Notes under the pieces: model-generated | The model's input: the letters and a program-made list of their open reading frames with translations, nothing else | Database searches by the model: none | Told to the model about the DNA's origin: nothing | Shown here: one piece after another, positions 1 through 14,203 of the stretch | Numbering within the stretch: position 1 is the first letter of the stretch | Layout: each line of letters starts with the position of its first letter | NCBI RefSeq assembly: GCF_902652985.1 | Contig: NC_047030.1 | Coordinates: forward strand, 18,600,001 to 18,664,000 | Reading direction: 5' to 3' | Length of the DNA: 64,000 nucleotides | From: Pecten maximus | Taxonomy: Eukaryota | Position numbers and translations under genes: made by a program

Positions 1-500
1 CAAAGGTCTGATTTATTGGAGAGTGTTGTTGACATGGTTAGACTATTTTTGAAAATTCATCAGAAAAATCAACTTAGAATATGTAGTTTTATTTTAATCC
101 GTAACAAAAATAGTTATAAATATCAATGTACTTTTCTATGGTTTAAATTTAGAACATGTATACCGTAATCTCAACAAATTTATATCAAAATAATACAGTA
201 GTGATATTGCTTTAATTGTAATTATGGATGAAAACAAGTTAACGACCACTCATCAAAATACCACATAACTCAATATTACCACACTAGAAAATTCATAATT
301 CACATCCTATGGTAGGATAAAGGGGTTTTGACTTTGTTCAGTATATGTCTGCATGTTGTACATATCTATAGCACACCTATCTACAACAATAAAGGATTCT
401 TTTCTAACATCAAACACAGCGGAGACAATGGGGTGTAACATTGTTGTACTGAACATGTATTATTTTAGCCTACTGTCAAATCAAAGAAGAGGAAAGCTGA

Positions 501-2850
501 GCATGTAGTACACTGCTCTCTCTAACCCACTATACAGTATACCTAGATATCCCAGAAGGGGGCATGTAGTACACTGCTCTCTCTAACCCACTATACAGTA
601 TACCTAGATATCCCAGAAGGGGGCATGTAGTACACTGCTCTCTCTAACCCACTATACAGTATACCTAGATATCCCAGAAGGGGGCATGTAGTAGACTATT
701 CTCTCTAACCCACTATACAGTATACCTAGAGATCCCAGAAGGGGGCATGTAGTACACTGCTCTCTCTAACCCACTATACAGTATACCTAGATATCCCAGA
801 AGGGGGCATGTAGTACACTATTCTCTCTAACCCACTATACAGTATACCTAGAGATCCCAGAAGGGGGCATGTAGTACACTGCTCTCTCTAACCCACTATA
901 CAGTATACCTAGATATCCCAGAAGGGGGCATGTAGTACACTGCTCTCTCTAACCCAGTATACAGTATACACAGATATCCCAGAAGGGGGCATGTAGTACA
1001 CTACTCTCTCTAACCCACTATACAGTATACCTAAATATCCCAGAAGGGGGCATGTAGTACACTGCTCTCTCTAACCCACTATACAGTATACCTAGAGATC
1101 CCAGAAGGGGGCATGTAGTACACTGCTCTCTCTAACCCTCTATACAGTATACCTAGATATCCCAGAAGGGGACATGTAGTACACTGCTCTCTCTAACCCA
1201 CTATACAGTATACCTAGAGATCCCAGAAGGGGGCATGTAGTACACTGCTCTCTCTAACCCTCTATACAGTATACCTAGATATCCCAGAAGGGGGCATGAA
1301 GTACACTGCTCTCTCTAACCTACTATACAGTATACCTAAATATCCCAGAAGGGGGCATGTAGTATACTGCTCTCTCTAAACCACTATACAGTATACCTAA
1401 ATATCCCAGAAGGGGGCATGTAGTACACTGCTCTCTCTAACCCACTATACAGTATACCTAGAGATCCCAGAAGGGGGCATGTAGTACACTGCTCTCTCTA
1501 ACCCACTATACATTATACCTAAATATCCCAGAAGGGGGCATGTAGTACACTGCTCTCTCTAAACCACTATACAGTATACCTAGATATCCCAGAAGGGGGC
1601 ATGTAGTACACTGCTCTCTCTAACCCACTATACAGTATACCTAAATATCCCAGAAGGGGGCATGTAGTACACTGCTCTCTCTAAACCACTATACAGTATA
1701 CCTAAATATCCCAGAAGGGGGCATGTAGTACACTGCTCTCTCTAACCCACTATACAGTATACCTAGATATCCCAGAAGGGGGCATGTAAGTACACTGCTC
1801 TCTCTAACCCACTATACAGTATACCTAGATATCCCAGAAGGGGGCATGTAGTACACTGCTCTCTCTAACCCACTATACAATATACCTAGATATCCCAGAA
1901 GGGGACATGTAGTACACTGCTCTCTCTAACCCACTATACAGTATACCTAGATATCCCAGAAGGGGGCTTGTAGTACACTGCTCTCTCTAACCCACTATAC
2001 AGTATACCTAGATATCCCAGAAGGGGACATGTAGTACACTGCTCTCTAACCCACTATACAGTATACCTAGATATCCCAGAAGGGGACATGTAGTACACTG
2101 CTCTCTCTAACCTACTATACAGTATACCTAGATATCCCAGAAGGGGGCAATGTAGTACACTGCTCTCTCTTACCCACTATACAGTATACCTAGATATCCC
2201 AGAAGGGGGCATGTAGTACACTGCTCTCTCTAACCCACTATACAGTATACCTAGATATCCCAGAAGGGGGCATGTAGTACACTGCTCTCTCTAACCCACT
2301 ATACAGTATACCTAGATATCCCAGAAGGGGGCATGTAACTACACTGCTCTCTCTAACCCACTATACAGTATACCTAGATATCCCAGAAGGGGGCATGTAG
2401 TACACTGCTCTCTCTAACCCACTATACAGTATACCTAGATATCCCAGAAGGGGGCATGAAGTACACTGCTCTCTCTAACCCACTATACATTATACCTAAA
2501 TATCCCAGAAGGGGGCATGTAGTACACTGCTCTCTCTAACCCACTATACAGTATACCTAGATATCCCAGAAGGGGGCATGTACTACACTGCTCTCTCTAA
2601 CTCCACTATACAGTATACCTAGATATCCCAGAAGGGGGCATGTAGTACACTGCTCTCTCTAACCCACTATACAGTATACCTAGATATCCCAGAAGGGGGC
2701 ATGTAGTACACTGCTCTCTCTAACCCACTATACAGTATACCTAGATATCCCAGAAGGGGGCATGTACTACACTCCTCACTCTAACCCACTATACAGTATA
2801 CCTAGATATCCCAGAAGGGGGCATGTAGTACACTACTCTCTCTAACCCAC
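501..2850. repeat. 61-bp tandem minisatellite, ~38 highly homogeneous copies (GCATGTAGTACACTGCTCTCTCTAACCCACTATACAGTATACCTAGATATCCCAGAAGGGG)
   Basis: Directly visible 61-bp period with no unique spacers. Confidence 0.97.
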
Positions 2851-4171
2851 AAGGGGCAATTATTGCGACCTTAGGCATACCCCCAAATATCACCTGGCAC
2901 CAACTCCTAATCCCTAGACACTCTCTTTACACACATGGATAATCAGAAAAGTGTGTTATGGGTGGGGTGGGGGTGAGGGGTAGTGTAACTCCCACAACCT
3001 GGTACTGGTACTCCCCCACTAATGTAGCCCACAGTAAAAGGGATGGGGGCTAAAGGGTTAACCCCTTCCATCTCAGACCCAATGTACACTATATGAAGAA
3101 ATCACCAAACATGAGGGGAGGGGGTGGGGCTGGTACTGCCTCCCCACTCCAACCCCTACCACCCACATGAAATGTTGTGGTATATAAATTTCTTCGTTAA
3201 TGAATTAGGTAAATCACGTACACAGATCCCAGTGTGACAGAGAAATGTAATCTAGAACTAAATAGGCCAGGATAAAATAAGGTCATAACATTAAAACCAC
3301 AACCAGAATTCAGTACATCAACCTGTCACCAGCTCTATATTTAACCCAGGTCTAATGATTCCTGCCGAAGATAGCTACTGAAGTTTCCATTTTATGTAAC
3401 AGAGAGATTATACTTAAACTCTACAAATAATCAATATATATCTAACCAGCTGTACACAGTAAGAAAGCCTAACAATCTTATCCAGATCTTATCTCAAGAT
3501 AAGCCTGATTTCATGTAAATCACTGAAACACCATTTATAATTAACTCTACTCTCCCCCACTCAGCCTGTATCACAGTGACATTATACAAAAGGCCCAATG
3601 AGCATGTACAGCTCACTTGATTTAGCACCACATGAATTTATGGCAGTACCATTACTTTCTGTACAGAATGAACATGCAGGCTCTATGTTCATCATTCATT
3701 CATCCTTAACTCATGTGAATTCCTTACATAAAATTATCGTTTGGAAAATACTACAGAACCTTAACTAAGATTTTTTTCCTTAAATCCAATTTAAAAATTT
3801 AGATTTAAGTTAAGAAATCAAAGTTCCTAAAGTCAAGGAACATTGATGAAGTCTGGCCAGAAATCATTTAGCCATTTTATAAAATTTTATTGGGATAAAT
3901 AATGTATTTATTCAGCAGAAAGGCCATGTCTGGTTTATAATGTTTCTTTGTTGGGTTTATCACCCCATGAACAACCAGGGTCTACTACCAATCAGCAAAC
4001 TATTGGAATCATTTTGGAGTAAAAGTTAATCCAATATATTTACAATACCGGCGCGGTAATCATTTTTATACAGAGCCTTAAATTGTTGATTTTGAAATGA
4101 CAATTAATATATAATTATAATGACCTGCAAACACAGTCCTTCATCTTAAATCATAATCTTATATCAAAGAA

Positions 4172-4390
4172 GGGCAGCGGTGGCCGAGTGGTTAAGGTGT
4201 CCGGACACTTTATCACTAGCCCTCCACCTCTGGGTTGCGAGTTCGAAACCCATGTGGGGCAGTTGCATGGTACTGACCGTAGGCCGGTGGTTTTTCTCCG
4301 GGTACTCCGGCTTTCCTCCACCTCCAAAACCTGGCATGTCCTTAAATGACCCTGGCTGTTTATAGGACATTAAACAAAATAAACCATAAA
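4172..4390 (+). mobile_element. tRNA-derived SINE with V-domain-like core (full length)
   Basis: A box TGGCCGAGTGG, B box GTTCGAAAC, core GGTTTTTCTCCGGGTACTCCGGCTTTCCTCC, tail CCTTAAATGACCCTGGCTGTT..AGGAC.TTAAAC then an A-rich end; further copies at 19895 and 28453. Confidence 0.88.
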
Positions 4391-5355
4391 CCTAAATCAT
4401 AGAATCAGGGTGAGGACTGAAGAAAAAAACATTCACCTCATTAAAATATAATACATCTACAGTTGAACCTTGTTATCTTTAAGTCAGTGAGGTCATGAAA
4501 AACTTGGAAATACTCCAAGTACTCCAGGTAACCATATTTTATATAGACTTTTTACTGTTAGAACTGAATTTTTAATTTGCGTAAAGCAAGGTCTTGAGTT
4601 ATCAGAGTTTGAGATAAAGTAAATTGACTGTAGTTCTCAGGTACCTATATACAGCTATAGTCGTATCCTTTGTCAAACTGGATAAAATATTCTACAATAC
4701 GATATATAATAGATTATCAATCTCACAAAAATTAACTGATCTGTGTATTTTGCTTCAGCATCTCAAATTCTCCAAGGTCTACTGGACCAGACATTTAAAG
4801 TCTATACTAACAAAAGAAAGCTTTCTGACAGCAGACTGAATCGGCACTGGGCTAATGGACCCCAGAACCCAGGCTTACTACTGGACAATGGTACAAGTAT
4901 TATCCATTAGATGTACATGCCATTAACACTCTCAATATTCAAACTGGTGTGCTTGGACCAAATACAGGCCTTGTCCAATATTCCAAAGAAAATCTGCATG
5001 TGTATTTTGGCACATCCTTTCTGACTGCAAAAACTGATCTAATTTTAAAGTAAAAGCTGCTGAAGTCAAAGAAATTTCCATGAAAAGCATGATATTTATC
5101 TTTTGAAATTGAAAATTTTATTTTATCACAAATGTTATCTTTTATAATTATAAATTTCATTTTCTATATTTGTAAATTTGTTAAGGTTATCAACAGCCCT
5201 TTCAAATGTTGTGTAGAAAGGAAGTGTACTATACAATGGAACCTCTGTAATACAGACTTATCTGGTCCTAATTTACTCAAACCAAAAGAAAAAGCAGTAA
5301 ATTCACAATTTTATGTCCTGCACAAATATTCTTACTGACATGTTTAAGGAAACAC

Positions 5356-5795
5356 TCTGGCCAGGAAGCTCAACTGGTCAGAGTGTCCATCTAGATTTCT
5401 CTGGCCAGGTAGCTCAACTGGTCAGAGTGTCCATCTAGATTTCTCTGGCCAGGTAGCTAAACTGGTCAGAGTGTCCATCTAGATTTCTCTGGACAGGTAG
5501 CCCAACTGGTCAGTGTCCATCTAGATTTTTCTGGCCAGGTAGCTATATAGCTCATCAACTGGTCAGAGTGTCCATCTAGATTTCTCTAGCCATGTAGCTC
5601 AACTGGTCAGAGTGTCCATCTAGATGTTTCTGGCCAGGTAACTCAACTGGTCAGAGTGTCCATCTAAATGTCTCTGGCCAGGTAGCTCAACTGGTCAGAG
5701 TGACCATCTAGATTTCTCTGGCCAGGTGTAGCTCAACTGGTCAGTGTCCATCTAGAGTTCTCTGGCCAGGTAACTCAACTAGTCAGAGTGACCAT
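5356..5795 (+). repeat. 44-bp tandem repeat (~10 copies) made of the 5' half of a tRNA-like sequence
   Basis: Unit CTCTGGCCAGGTAGCTCAACTGGTCAGAGTGTCCATCTAGATTT; the last copy continues into a B-box half. Confidence 0.9.
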
Positions 5796-5838
5796 CACCA
5801 GAGTTCAGAGGTCCAAGGTTCAAGTCCTGGTCTGGTCA
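5764..5838 (+). pseudogene. degenerate tRNA-like unit (probable SINE head or tRNA pseudogene)
   Basis: 75 nt; GGCCAGG/TCTGGTC acceptor stem, A box TAACTCAACTAG, B box GGTTCAAGTCC; the anticodon arm does not pair well. Confidence 0.55.
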
Positions 5839-6245
5839 TTACATTTTTTCTCTCTAGTTATATTTTGTAACCAACTAAATATCCACGGAGGTGGTATAGG
5901 TTCTGGTGTGTAACTTCGGGGTCGAAGGCTTTATTGTAGAAGGGAGAGTTTGGAGGTCCCGAGTTTGAGTCCCGGTTTGATCGTTGCTATCATTCTCTCT
6001 GATTACATAACAATAATGTTGTCTTATAGTTTCGCTCTTCGAGAAGATATATCCCTGTAGCTCAATTACTGTTAAAGTGGTGGACTATAGAAAGCCAATT
6101 AAGGGTCGTGGGTTTGATTTCCTTTAAACACAAGCTACTCACTTTCATGTTACATTTCATCATTTTTTGTCTTATGGCCAAAAAAATTAGTGACAGAACA
6201 AAAACACCATGATGATAAATATTGAATTTGATATGTTGTATAAAC

Positions 6246-7710
6246 AAACAAGAGATCCCAGAGGGATCTTGGCGCCCACCATTGAATGATCTTTATAGGT
6301 TCCATGTCAGATTGATCTTTTCTCTACTTTTCCCTTCCTCTAAGTCTTACTAATCTGTGTAAATTCAGAAACAGCCCTCTAGTACTTTGCAAACAATTTA
6401 AGATTTAGCGATAATGGCTGTCTGTTGTTTTCGGATTGGTCCGAAAATGCAACACCAGGGACCAAGGGGAGCCTACATATGAAATTCGAGAAAGATCCCT
6501 TCAGTACCTTCTGTAAAATAGCGATAACAAACTTCAATTGTCAAAATACAAGATGGCTGCCTGTCGGGCAGGTTGTTTTCTGACTGGTCTCAAAATCCAA
6601 TATGCATAACTAGGCACAGAGGGCAATCCACAAATGAAATTTCAGAAAGATCCCTTCAGCAATTTCTGATAAATAGCGACAACAAACTTGAATTGTCAAA
6701 ATCCAAGATGGCTGCCTGTCGGCCATGTTGTTTTCCGATTGGTCTCAAAATGTAATATGCATAACTAGGCACCAAGGGGAACCTATATATGAAATTTGAG
6801 AAAGATCCCTTCAGTACTTTCTGAGAAATAGCGATAACAAACTTCAATTGTCAAAATCCAGATGGCTGCCTGTCGGCCATGTTGTTTTCCGATAGGTCTC
6901 AAAATGCAATATGCATAACTAGGCACCAAGGGGAACCTACATATGAAATTTCAGAAAGATCCCTTCAGTACTTTCTCAGAAATAGCGATAACAAACTTCA
7001 ATTATCAAAATCCAAGATGGCTGCCTGTCGGCCATGTTGTCTTCCGATTGGTCTCAAAATGCAATATGCATAACTAGGCACCAAGGGGAGCCTACATATG
7101 AAATTTGAGAAAGATCCCTTCAGTACTTTCTCAGAAATAGCGATAACAAACTTCAATTATCAAAATCCAAGATGGCTGCCTGTCGGCCATGTTGTTATCC
7201 GATTGGTCTCAAAATGCAATATGCATAACTAGGCACCAAGGGGAGCCTACATATGAAATTTCAGAAAGATCCCTTCAGTACTTTCTCAGAAATAGCGATA
7301 ACAAACTTCAATTATCAAAATCCAAGATGGCTGCCTGTCGGCCATGTTGTTTTCTGATTGGTCTCAAAATGCAATATGCATAACTAGGCACCAAGAGAAA
7401 AATACATATGAAATTTGAGAAAGATCCCTTCAGTACTTTCTCAGAAATAGCGATAACAAACTTCAATTATCAAAATCCAAGATGGCTGCCTGTCGGCCAT
7501 GTTGTTTTCCGATTGGTCTCAAAATGCAATATGCATAACTAGACACCTAGGGGAACATACATATGAAATTTGAGAAAAATCCTTTCAGTACTTTCTGAGG
7601 ATTAGCGATAACAAGAATTGTTTACGGACGGAGGGACGGACGGACGGACGACGGACCACGGACGCAGGGCGATTTGAATAGCCCACCATCTGATGATGGT
7701 GGGCTAAAAA
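6246..7710 (-). mobile_element. non-autonomous Helentron-associated (HINE/DINE-1-like) element with internal 155-bp satellite (~7-8 units)
   Basis: Terminal hairpin AGCCCACCATC-TGAT-GATGGTGGGCT, (GGAC)n microsatellite, 155-bp tandem units, sub-terminal CGCCCACC and AGATCCC/GGGATCT stem-loop at the other end, T-rich flanks; second copy at 29064-30913. Confidence 0.85.
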
Positions 7711-9959
7711 TACATCTTCGTAATTGTGTCGATTGAAAATAAAAACATCCGTTGATGGATGTTTGTCCAGTAAATATCAAGTCTGTCATGAACATCAAAA
7801 GGATGGCTGAGCGGTCTACAGATCCCCCAGCACCACTCAGCTCATTAATGGTGCCTACATTCATAAGGTAAGTAGAATACAACGATTTCCACACACTGAG
7901 CAATCTAATGGTCATCCACAATACTTCAGAGGCGGTGACTCACACACACAACCCCAGGTAGCCTACCCAAACTGGATAAATGGTCTGCAACACTCATATA
8001 CCAGAAAAAAACCATTTAATCAATATACTGTGTTTGGAATTAGAAAGCTGTTGCTACTGTTCACACAAAGAGTGAAACAACTGGTGTCAGTGGAGGGATA
8101 TAAACTATCCTGTAATTTTAGGATCCGAATAAACATGTAACATTTCAGGAAGCTCAATTATATAATCAGACAAATCTAAATATTAGATTATAAATTACTG
8201 AAAAATTTATTTTTCATTAATTACAATAATTAAACATCAGAAGTAATGAATTACAGTTTTACAGCAATAAAATACGTGTGGATTTGTGAAGAGACCACTT
8301 CGAAAACAATAAAATTCACTTTAACTTCAATTTCCTCTGAGAAAGATCAGATGAAAAATCTTGACCTTATAATAATAATGTGACCTCGTTATGTATGTAT
8401 GTATGTAACTGTTTATTTATGCATGCAGTTTATGTATATATAGACTAGCAGTGGTGTTGGATACTAATATAAGCAAGCTGCATTTTAATTGCCCCCAAAA
8501 CATGATTTTATCGTAAATCAGTGCACATAGAAAGCCCTTGACCTCTGAGGGAGGAACAGAAGTCTGTTATTCCGGAGCAGTGTAACACCAGGATAGGGAT
8601 TCAAGGGGATAGGTGATGGAGTTCATCATAAACAAAATTGAACATTTCCTGTACATAGCACATGGCTGTTCTGTAGTTTTATATCCCCCAGTGATCTTTA
8701 CTGAGTTTGTGATGGTAGGTTACATATATCTAAACACTAGCCTCATATGGCAACCGTGCAAACACTGCTAGACTGGTGTGAAATTTAATTGAAATATTTT
8801 CATAAATACTGATATTTTTTATTCCAAATTTCATTGATGGTTTTATGGAATGAAATGCTGGATAAAAATGTCAAGTTAAGTGGTTAATAGACTGGAGTTA
8901 CAGATGTCAATAGTTACAGCAGCTGGGCAGGTTAATAAAAGCCTGGTTAGCTATAGCTTAACAAATCATTAAAATAACATTTTCAAAATAAGATTGTGTT
9001 TCAATATCTTAAACTTTCTAAATTCTATTTTGGTTTTGCACTTTCAGATTAGTTTTAAACATTTAAAAATGAAAATTGAATTTCAACTATTACGAAAGAG
9101 ATACTTGGAACATGACTTTTAAAAAAAAAAAATTTCATAAATCATCATTAAGCTCATCAGGCTATGAACTAAACATGAATTCCCTTCAATCTAAACACAT
9201 TGAATCATGGAGATATACATGTACGTATTCTTTATCCTTCAAACTAACAAATCAAACTTTCTCATCAAATTGTTGAGGGTTTTTTTTAGTTTTCTATAAA
9301 TAGAACTACTCAACTAGATAAGATAGCAATACATATATATAGGCTTATTACCTGGTAGAATTTATTGTCAGATATAACTGTACACATTAATCATGATTCT
9401 ATAGTATTATACTCTGACCAGTAACATACCCACTTAGTCCACATAACTGATTCGTCAATGCAAATGATAACTTTTTGTACATCATTTTAAACTATTGCAT
9501 GTACGAGTATGCAATGTATCTATTTTCCCTATGATTATCGACTCATCTGCAATCAATTTGCTAATCAAAGTTCAACACGACATGTCATTCTGGTCGGACC
9601 ATACTAGTTTTAGTGTTAGTTTATGTAGTACCATGTTGATTTACATGAATACATGTGTAATTCATTACATGATTCATAAATCTATACAGATAGGTATTCA
9701 TGTCCGTGATGATTAATGATATTCTAATTTACTTAATTAGCCCTTAATCACCAGTATATTTTCCGTGAAATGGCAAACACCTGTAATTTATTGATAGAAG
9801 TGCATATATATAATCCCAAACACACCAAAGACAGATATCTGTGCAGCAGTAAAATCCTAACTCTACAAAACAGCCAGGTATTTGTAGGAGTCAGGAACTA
9901 CACATTGCCTCTACATAGCTACAAGACACTGGTTTTCACATCAACACACACATTCAGTA

Positions 9960-10210
9960 TGCAGACAGGGTATGGCACAATCAACACTAACCTCAATACA
10001 CTAAAGACTAATATTCACCAAAAGATACAGACACAGGCACCGGTCACAACTTATACTAGGGGATGGCACAATCAACACTAACCTCAATACTACAGACACA
10101 GGCACCGGTCACAACTTATTTCAGGGGATGGCACAATCAACACTAACCTCAACACACTTAAAGACTAATATTCACCAAAAGGTACAGACGCAGGGACCGG
10201 TCAAAATTTA
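9960..10210. repeat. imperfect local tandem duplication (~2.5 units of GGCACAATCAACACTAACCTCAA...GGCACCGGTCACAACTTA)
   Basis: Repeated blocks at ~9968, ~10060 and ~10125. Confidence 0.75.
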
Positions 10211-13200
10211 TTTCCCCATCAGGGTTTAGATGCTACCATTACTGTATTTACGTAGAGGCTGTAGAGAATTAAATAGTGACAGAAACCTGTGAGAACTGAC
10301 ATTTATCTCTACATGTTTCTGACTTTTTTATCGCAGGCAGACAAAAATGGGGTCAAGAATGAGATGAATTTGTATATAATGATGTTCTTACAACAGTAAC
10401 ATACACCTGGCAGATTGGGGGAAGTTTGGTAATAACTTTATCATTCAGTAAATAACTATAGATTGTACATGGTATCTCCAGCTCTAGCTCAATGATTATT
10501 GTAAATAGACACAATAACACAGGGGTTTATCAAGGTCATTGTTTATGTTACACAAACAGGGAATAATGTCAAATTTAGAAACAATAATATATAATGTAGG
10601 TAGGTATAGTGATGTTTATATCCTAGGCCAGTGTTTATGTAATTATAATAAACAGTGTGTCTATGACCTGATGTATCTACCTCGATGTTTATGTAAATTA
10701 CAAACACTATCACTCAGTATATACTACACAAGTCAGCCTAGCTAGCTCCAACTTTTCTTACTAGAAGTACATTACAATATGTGTTAAGGAGTCCATCATC
10801 ACATAGATATATGTATATCTGGGTCAGTCAGTTCACTGACTGTCTGGCTCTTCACCATGTCAATATGAACAATCATTTCATCTGTACTAATGGTACATAC
10901 TCCTCTACACGATTTTAACAATCAATACATCTACATCAACATGAAAGGATATCTTGTCCAAGTTAACCAACTTCCTATCAACTGTCAGAAATCCATCACG
11001 AAGGCGTGCAACACCAGTATCAGTGAATATCATAAAACTCTTCGTCGCGTCTTTGTTAATTTGTACCCAGAAACCTCACACTAAATAAACTCTTCAACAA
11101 GTTACATTGCTACAGTAAGATTTCTGTATAACTATACCAGTAATACAACTCCAGTTTTTAGCCAAATATTAAGTACTATCAAATTATTTCTTTCATCCTC
11201 ACCTTACAAGTAATAATACAATTATATAACATACATACATCGTTTAACCGATATCTGTAGTGATGTTTGGGTACATCAACATACATTTTGTTTATTGTAA
11301 TCATTGCGAGGTTCATAAAATAGCGGCACACAAAGTATCTAAGGCATCGCGTGATGATCACGGGGGAATTGATTCAGCTAAAGTATGTCACGGAGCTTCA
11401 ACATATATGTCATGTCGGATCAACCCACATCTTTGACATTTCCATTACCAAACCGGGAGTATCAATATATGATAGCAGGAAGCTTTCCTTCCTCTGCAGC
11501 TAATACTATTTTACTTACAAGTACATGTGTTTGATTAAATATTTAACAGCTCACCATCTTTGGGCTGAACAGTTTCATACAGTACTAGTTCTCCCCATTT
11601 ACTGCCACCTTTCGGCATGTGACGATTTTGTCAGTATAACAGGGTGACAGGACAAGGAGAAAAAAGTTTAACATCACTGATAGTTCAGACAAGTTTTGGT
11701 TTAAAAGTACTTGCCCAAAGCTTAAGGCGGAACATAGTAGTCAAATTAAACTGAGTAAGCAGTATCTTAAATTACTCTAAGGAAAAGGTAAAAATTACCA
11801 AGTTACTAAATTCTGCATTTACCAATCAGGCAAGTATACATCAATATTTATACTATAATTACTTGCCCACAGACCAAATCTACCGGCCCTGGGCCATCAG
11901 ACCTGGGTTTTTTCTTACCTTGGTCTGGGATACAGGTTTCAGTACATTTACTGTACTTTAAATGCATCTATCAAAAAATAAACAGGGTTTTATACAGTTG
12001 GGAAAACCTTTTCTAGTAAAATCATGACAGTATATGTGGGGTTGGCAATACTATAGGCAACCACATACTGATAACATTGATCCGATCCTATAACAATGTA
12101 GTTTATGTATATGATTGAAATATTTTTTAACAACAACTTTATTCCAGTTGAGCTACCCACATGTTGAACAGAAACGGGCTTGTTGAATAAGTCATTCTAA
12201 CCTGTGTGTACTCGGATGACAAATCATTAAGATGTCACGTTTGTCGAGACCACCATCAAAATAAACACACAATAGGAAGTAGCCAGATGAGTAATGTCAC
12301 ACTTGATATGTGTCACAACGGGAGGCACTTCAAAAAACATCTATTTAACACTGTACCTTGATCACAAATATATATTGCTATTTATAATCTTATATTAGGC
12401 TCCAAAGGAAATTAACACAATTGAACATTTTGAATACCAGCCCGTGATTTTGTGTTAAAAACTATCTCTGTGTGAAAAGGAAAGGCATATATGAGATGTA
12501 CCCTTCCTTTTTAAAACATTAATATCTTATAATGTCATGTATTTATATATAATAAACATTAATTGGTTGTGTTACGAATACCCTTACATAAACCATACTT
12601 TATTTATCTTTATTTTTCTGAAAATTTATTTGATTTATCCAACAGCTTCAATGGTGACTTGATATTCATACTCATTTCAGGTTCAATGTGTTTTATTTGA
12701 TTAGAGTTTATAGAATATCTATAACATTGTCTTCCATTTTGTGACAATGTTTAACACTATATAGGTGTATCATCACATCTGCAGCCACTATCAATCAATG
12801 TCATGTGCTGTATCAGATACTGAAATAAGAGTCTATTGTAGGAACAGGTACTGTTAATATTTTAGATCAATCATACTTGTTTCATATTCAGATATATATT
12901 GCACCTGCGTATATAGCACAGGGTCTTTCAATATGTGGTATATTTACTTTACTTAGACACTTTCAGGGCAGTATGAACTACAGAAGTATAGCTTTGGGGA
13001 TTTAAGTACTTAAACAATGTCATTGTGGGCTCATTGGTCTGTTATATAGACATGCCAATAGTTTGTTCCCCTAAGGGTTCCTGTACATGTATATGGTAAT
13101 TAGCTTAGCTGCCAAACTATAGCTATAATTGCCTCGAGACATCTTATACTCCAATGAAATTTCAAGGCATACTAATTAAAGCCATTCCACTGCCAGATGG

Positions 13201-13945
13201 CATGTGCTTATAATTTTTCAAATTACTTATTTATTATAAATCAACACAATTTAATTTCTTTAAAAAACAGATATTTCAAGCAATACAATACATCTAGTCT
13301 CTGCTCTCATCAGCAAGGATTTATGATTTTTCATTTACATTTTTTTTATTCTCTTAAATTCAATTAAATGAACAGCCATTACATTACTATAGTTTAAGAT
13401 TTGGATTTTAATTTAGCATTTACAATTACTTAGGAATCTGGCCACAAATGTAGTTATAATGCCTTTCAAAAAGTCACATTACTGTTTTGGGGTATTTACG
13501 GTAATACAAAGTTGTTAAATAGCTAGGCCAGGCAGTGCTTTAACTCTTTAACTACAGCTTGGAAATAGGTATGTGCAGTTATTTTCTTTCACACTTTTAG
13601 ATTTTCTTCAAATGTTACGTTACCATCGAAAGTAGGCTAATAGAACGGGATAGAACACCGATTTCTCACCTTACCACGGACAGTAGGCTATACACTAGTA
13701 CAACCTACTTTGATTTCGATTAAAGCTGGGCATGTCATTTAAGAAATCCCATTAATGACATTGTCCATTATTCAACGGATACATACTTGTTATTTTTTTC
13801 AAATTTACTTTAGGTAGTCTATGTTTTGAAATCCAAGTAATAAGTCGGAGAACACAGGTAAACGAGAACAGCTCACAGCTGATTCGGTGTCTGCTGAAAT
13901 GTCAACAAACATGTCTATGAAAAATAAATTCACATGCCTACTTAC

Positions 13946-14203
13946 CTCAGCTGGCCTAACAGCCGTTTCAGCATCCTGAACATTTGATAAAACAGACTTT
14001 GGTCTAAAACAAGCTCCATCTGGTAGCTCCTCTAGGGTAAATTCTTCTTTTTTATTTGTTTTTGCAGGACTTTTATCCACTGAAGCAGACTCTGAAGATC
14101 GACTAGAACCATCCCGATGTCGCTCGGCAAATTTTTCACGTTTATCTTGTAACTCCTTCAAATCCTGATTTTCCAAATGCTTCTTGGATCTCATCAAATA
14201 CAT
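13946..14203 (-). CDS. putative first coding exon of an unidentified leftward gene (MYLMRSKKHLENQDLKELQDKREKF...ETAVRPAE)
   Basis: 86-codon open frame with protein-like composition in a GC-richer island, ending at a strong donor GAG|GTAAGT in phase 0; no family recognised and downstream exons not identified. Confidence 0.4.

Noticed and set aside
501-2850. CRISPR-like array (also considered for the 32-, 49- and 35-bp arrays)
   Set aside because: Units are contiguous with no unique spacers, there are no cas genes, and the context is eukaryotic
4164-4370. Short ORFs at 4164-4370, 19811-20038 and 28489-28725
   Set aside because: They lie within SINE copies
5764-5838. Functional tRNA gene
   Set aside because: Anticodon arm unpaired, with D- and T-arm mismatches; kept only as a tRNA-like remnant
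6573-7383. Repeated 60-64-aa ORFs
   Set aside because: Artefacts of the 155-bp satellite (offset of 310 bp = 2 units)
7788-7875. Plus-strand ATG...AAG|GTAAGT as a coding exon
   Set aside because: Isolated donor match with no recognisable peptide or partner exon
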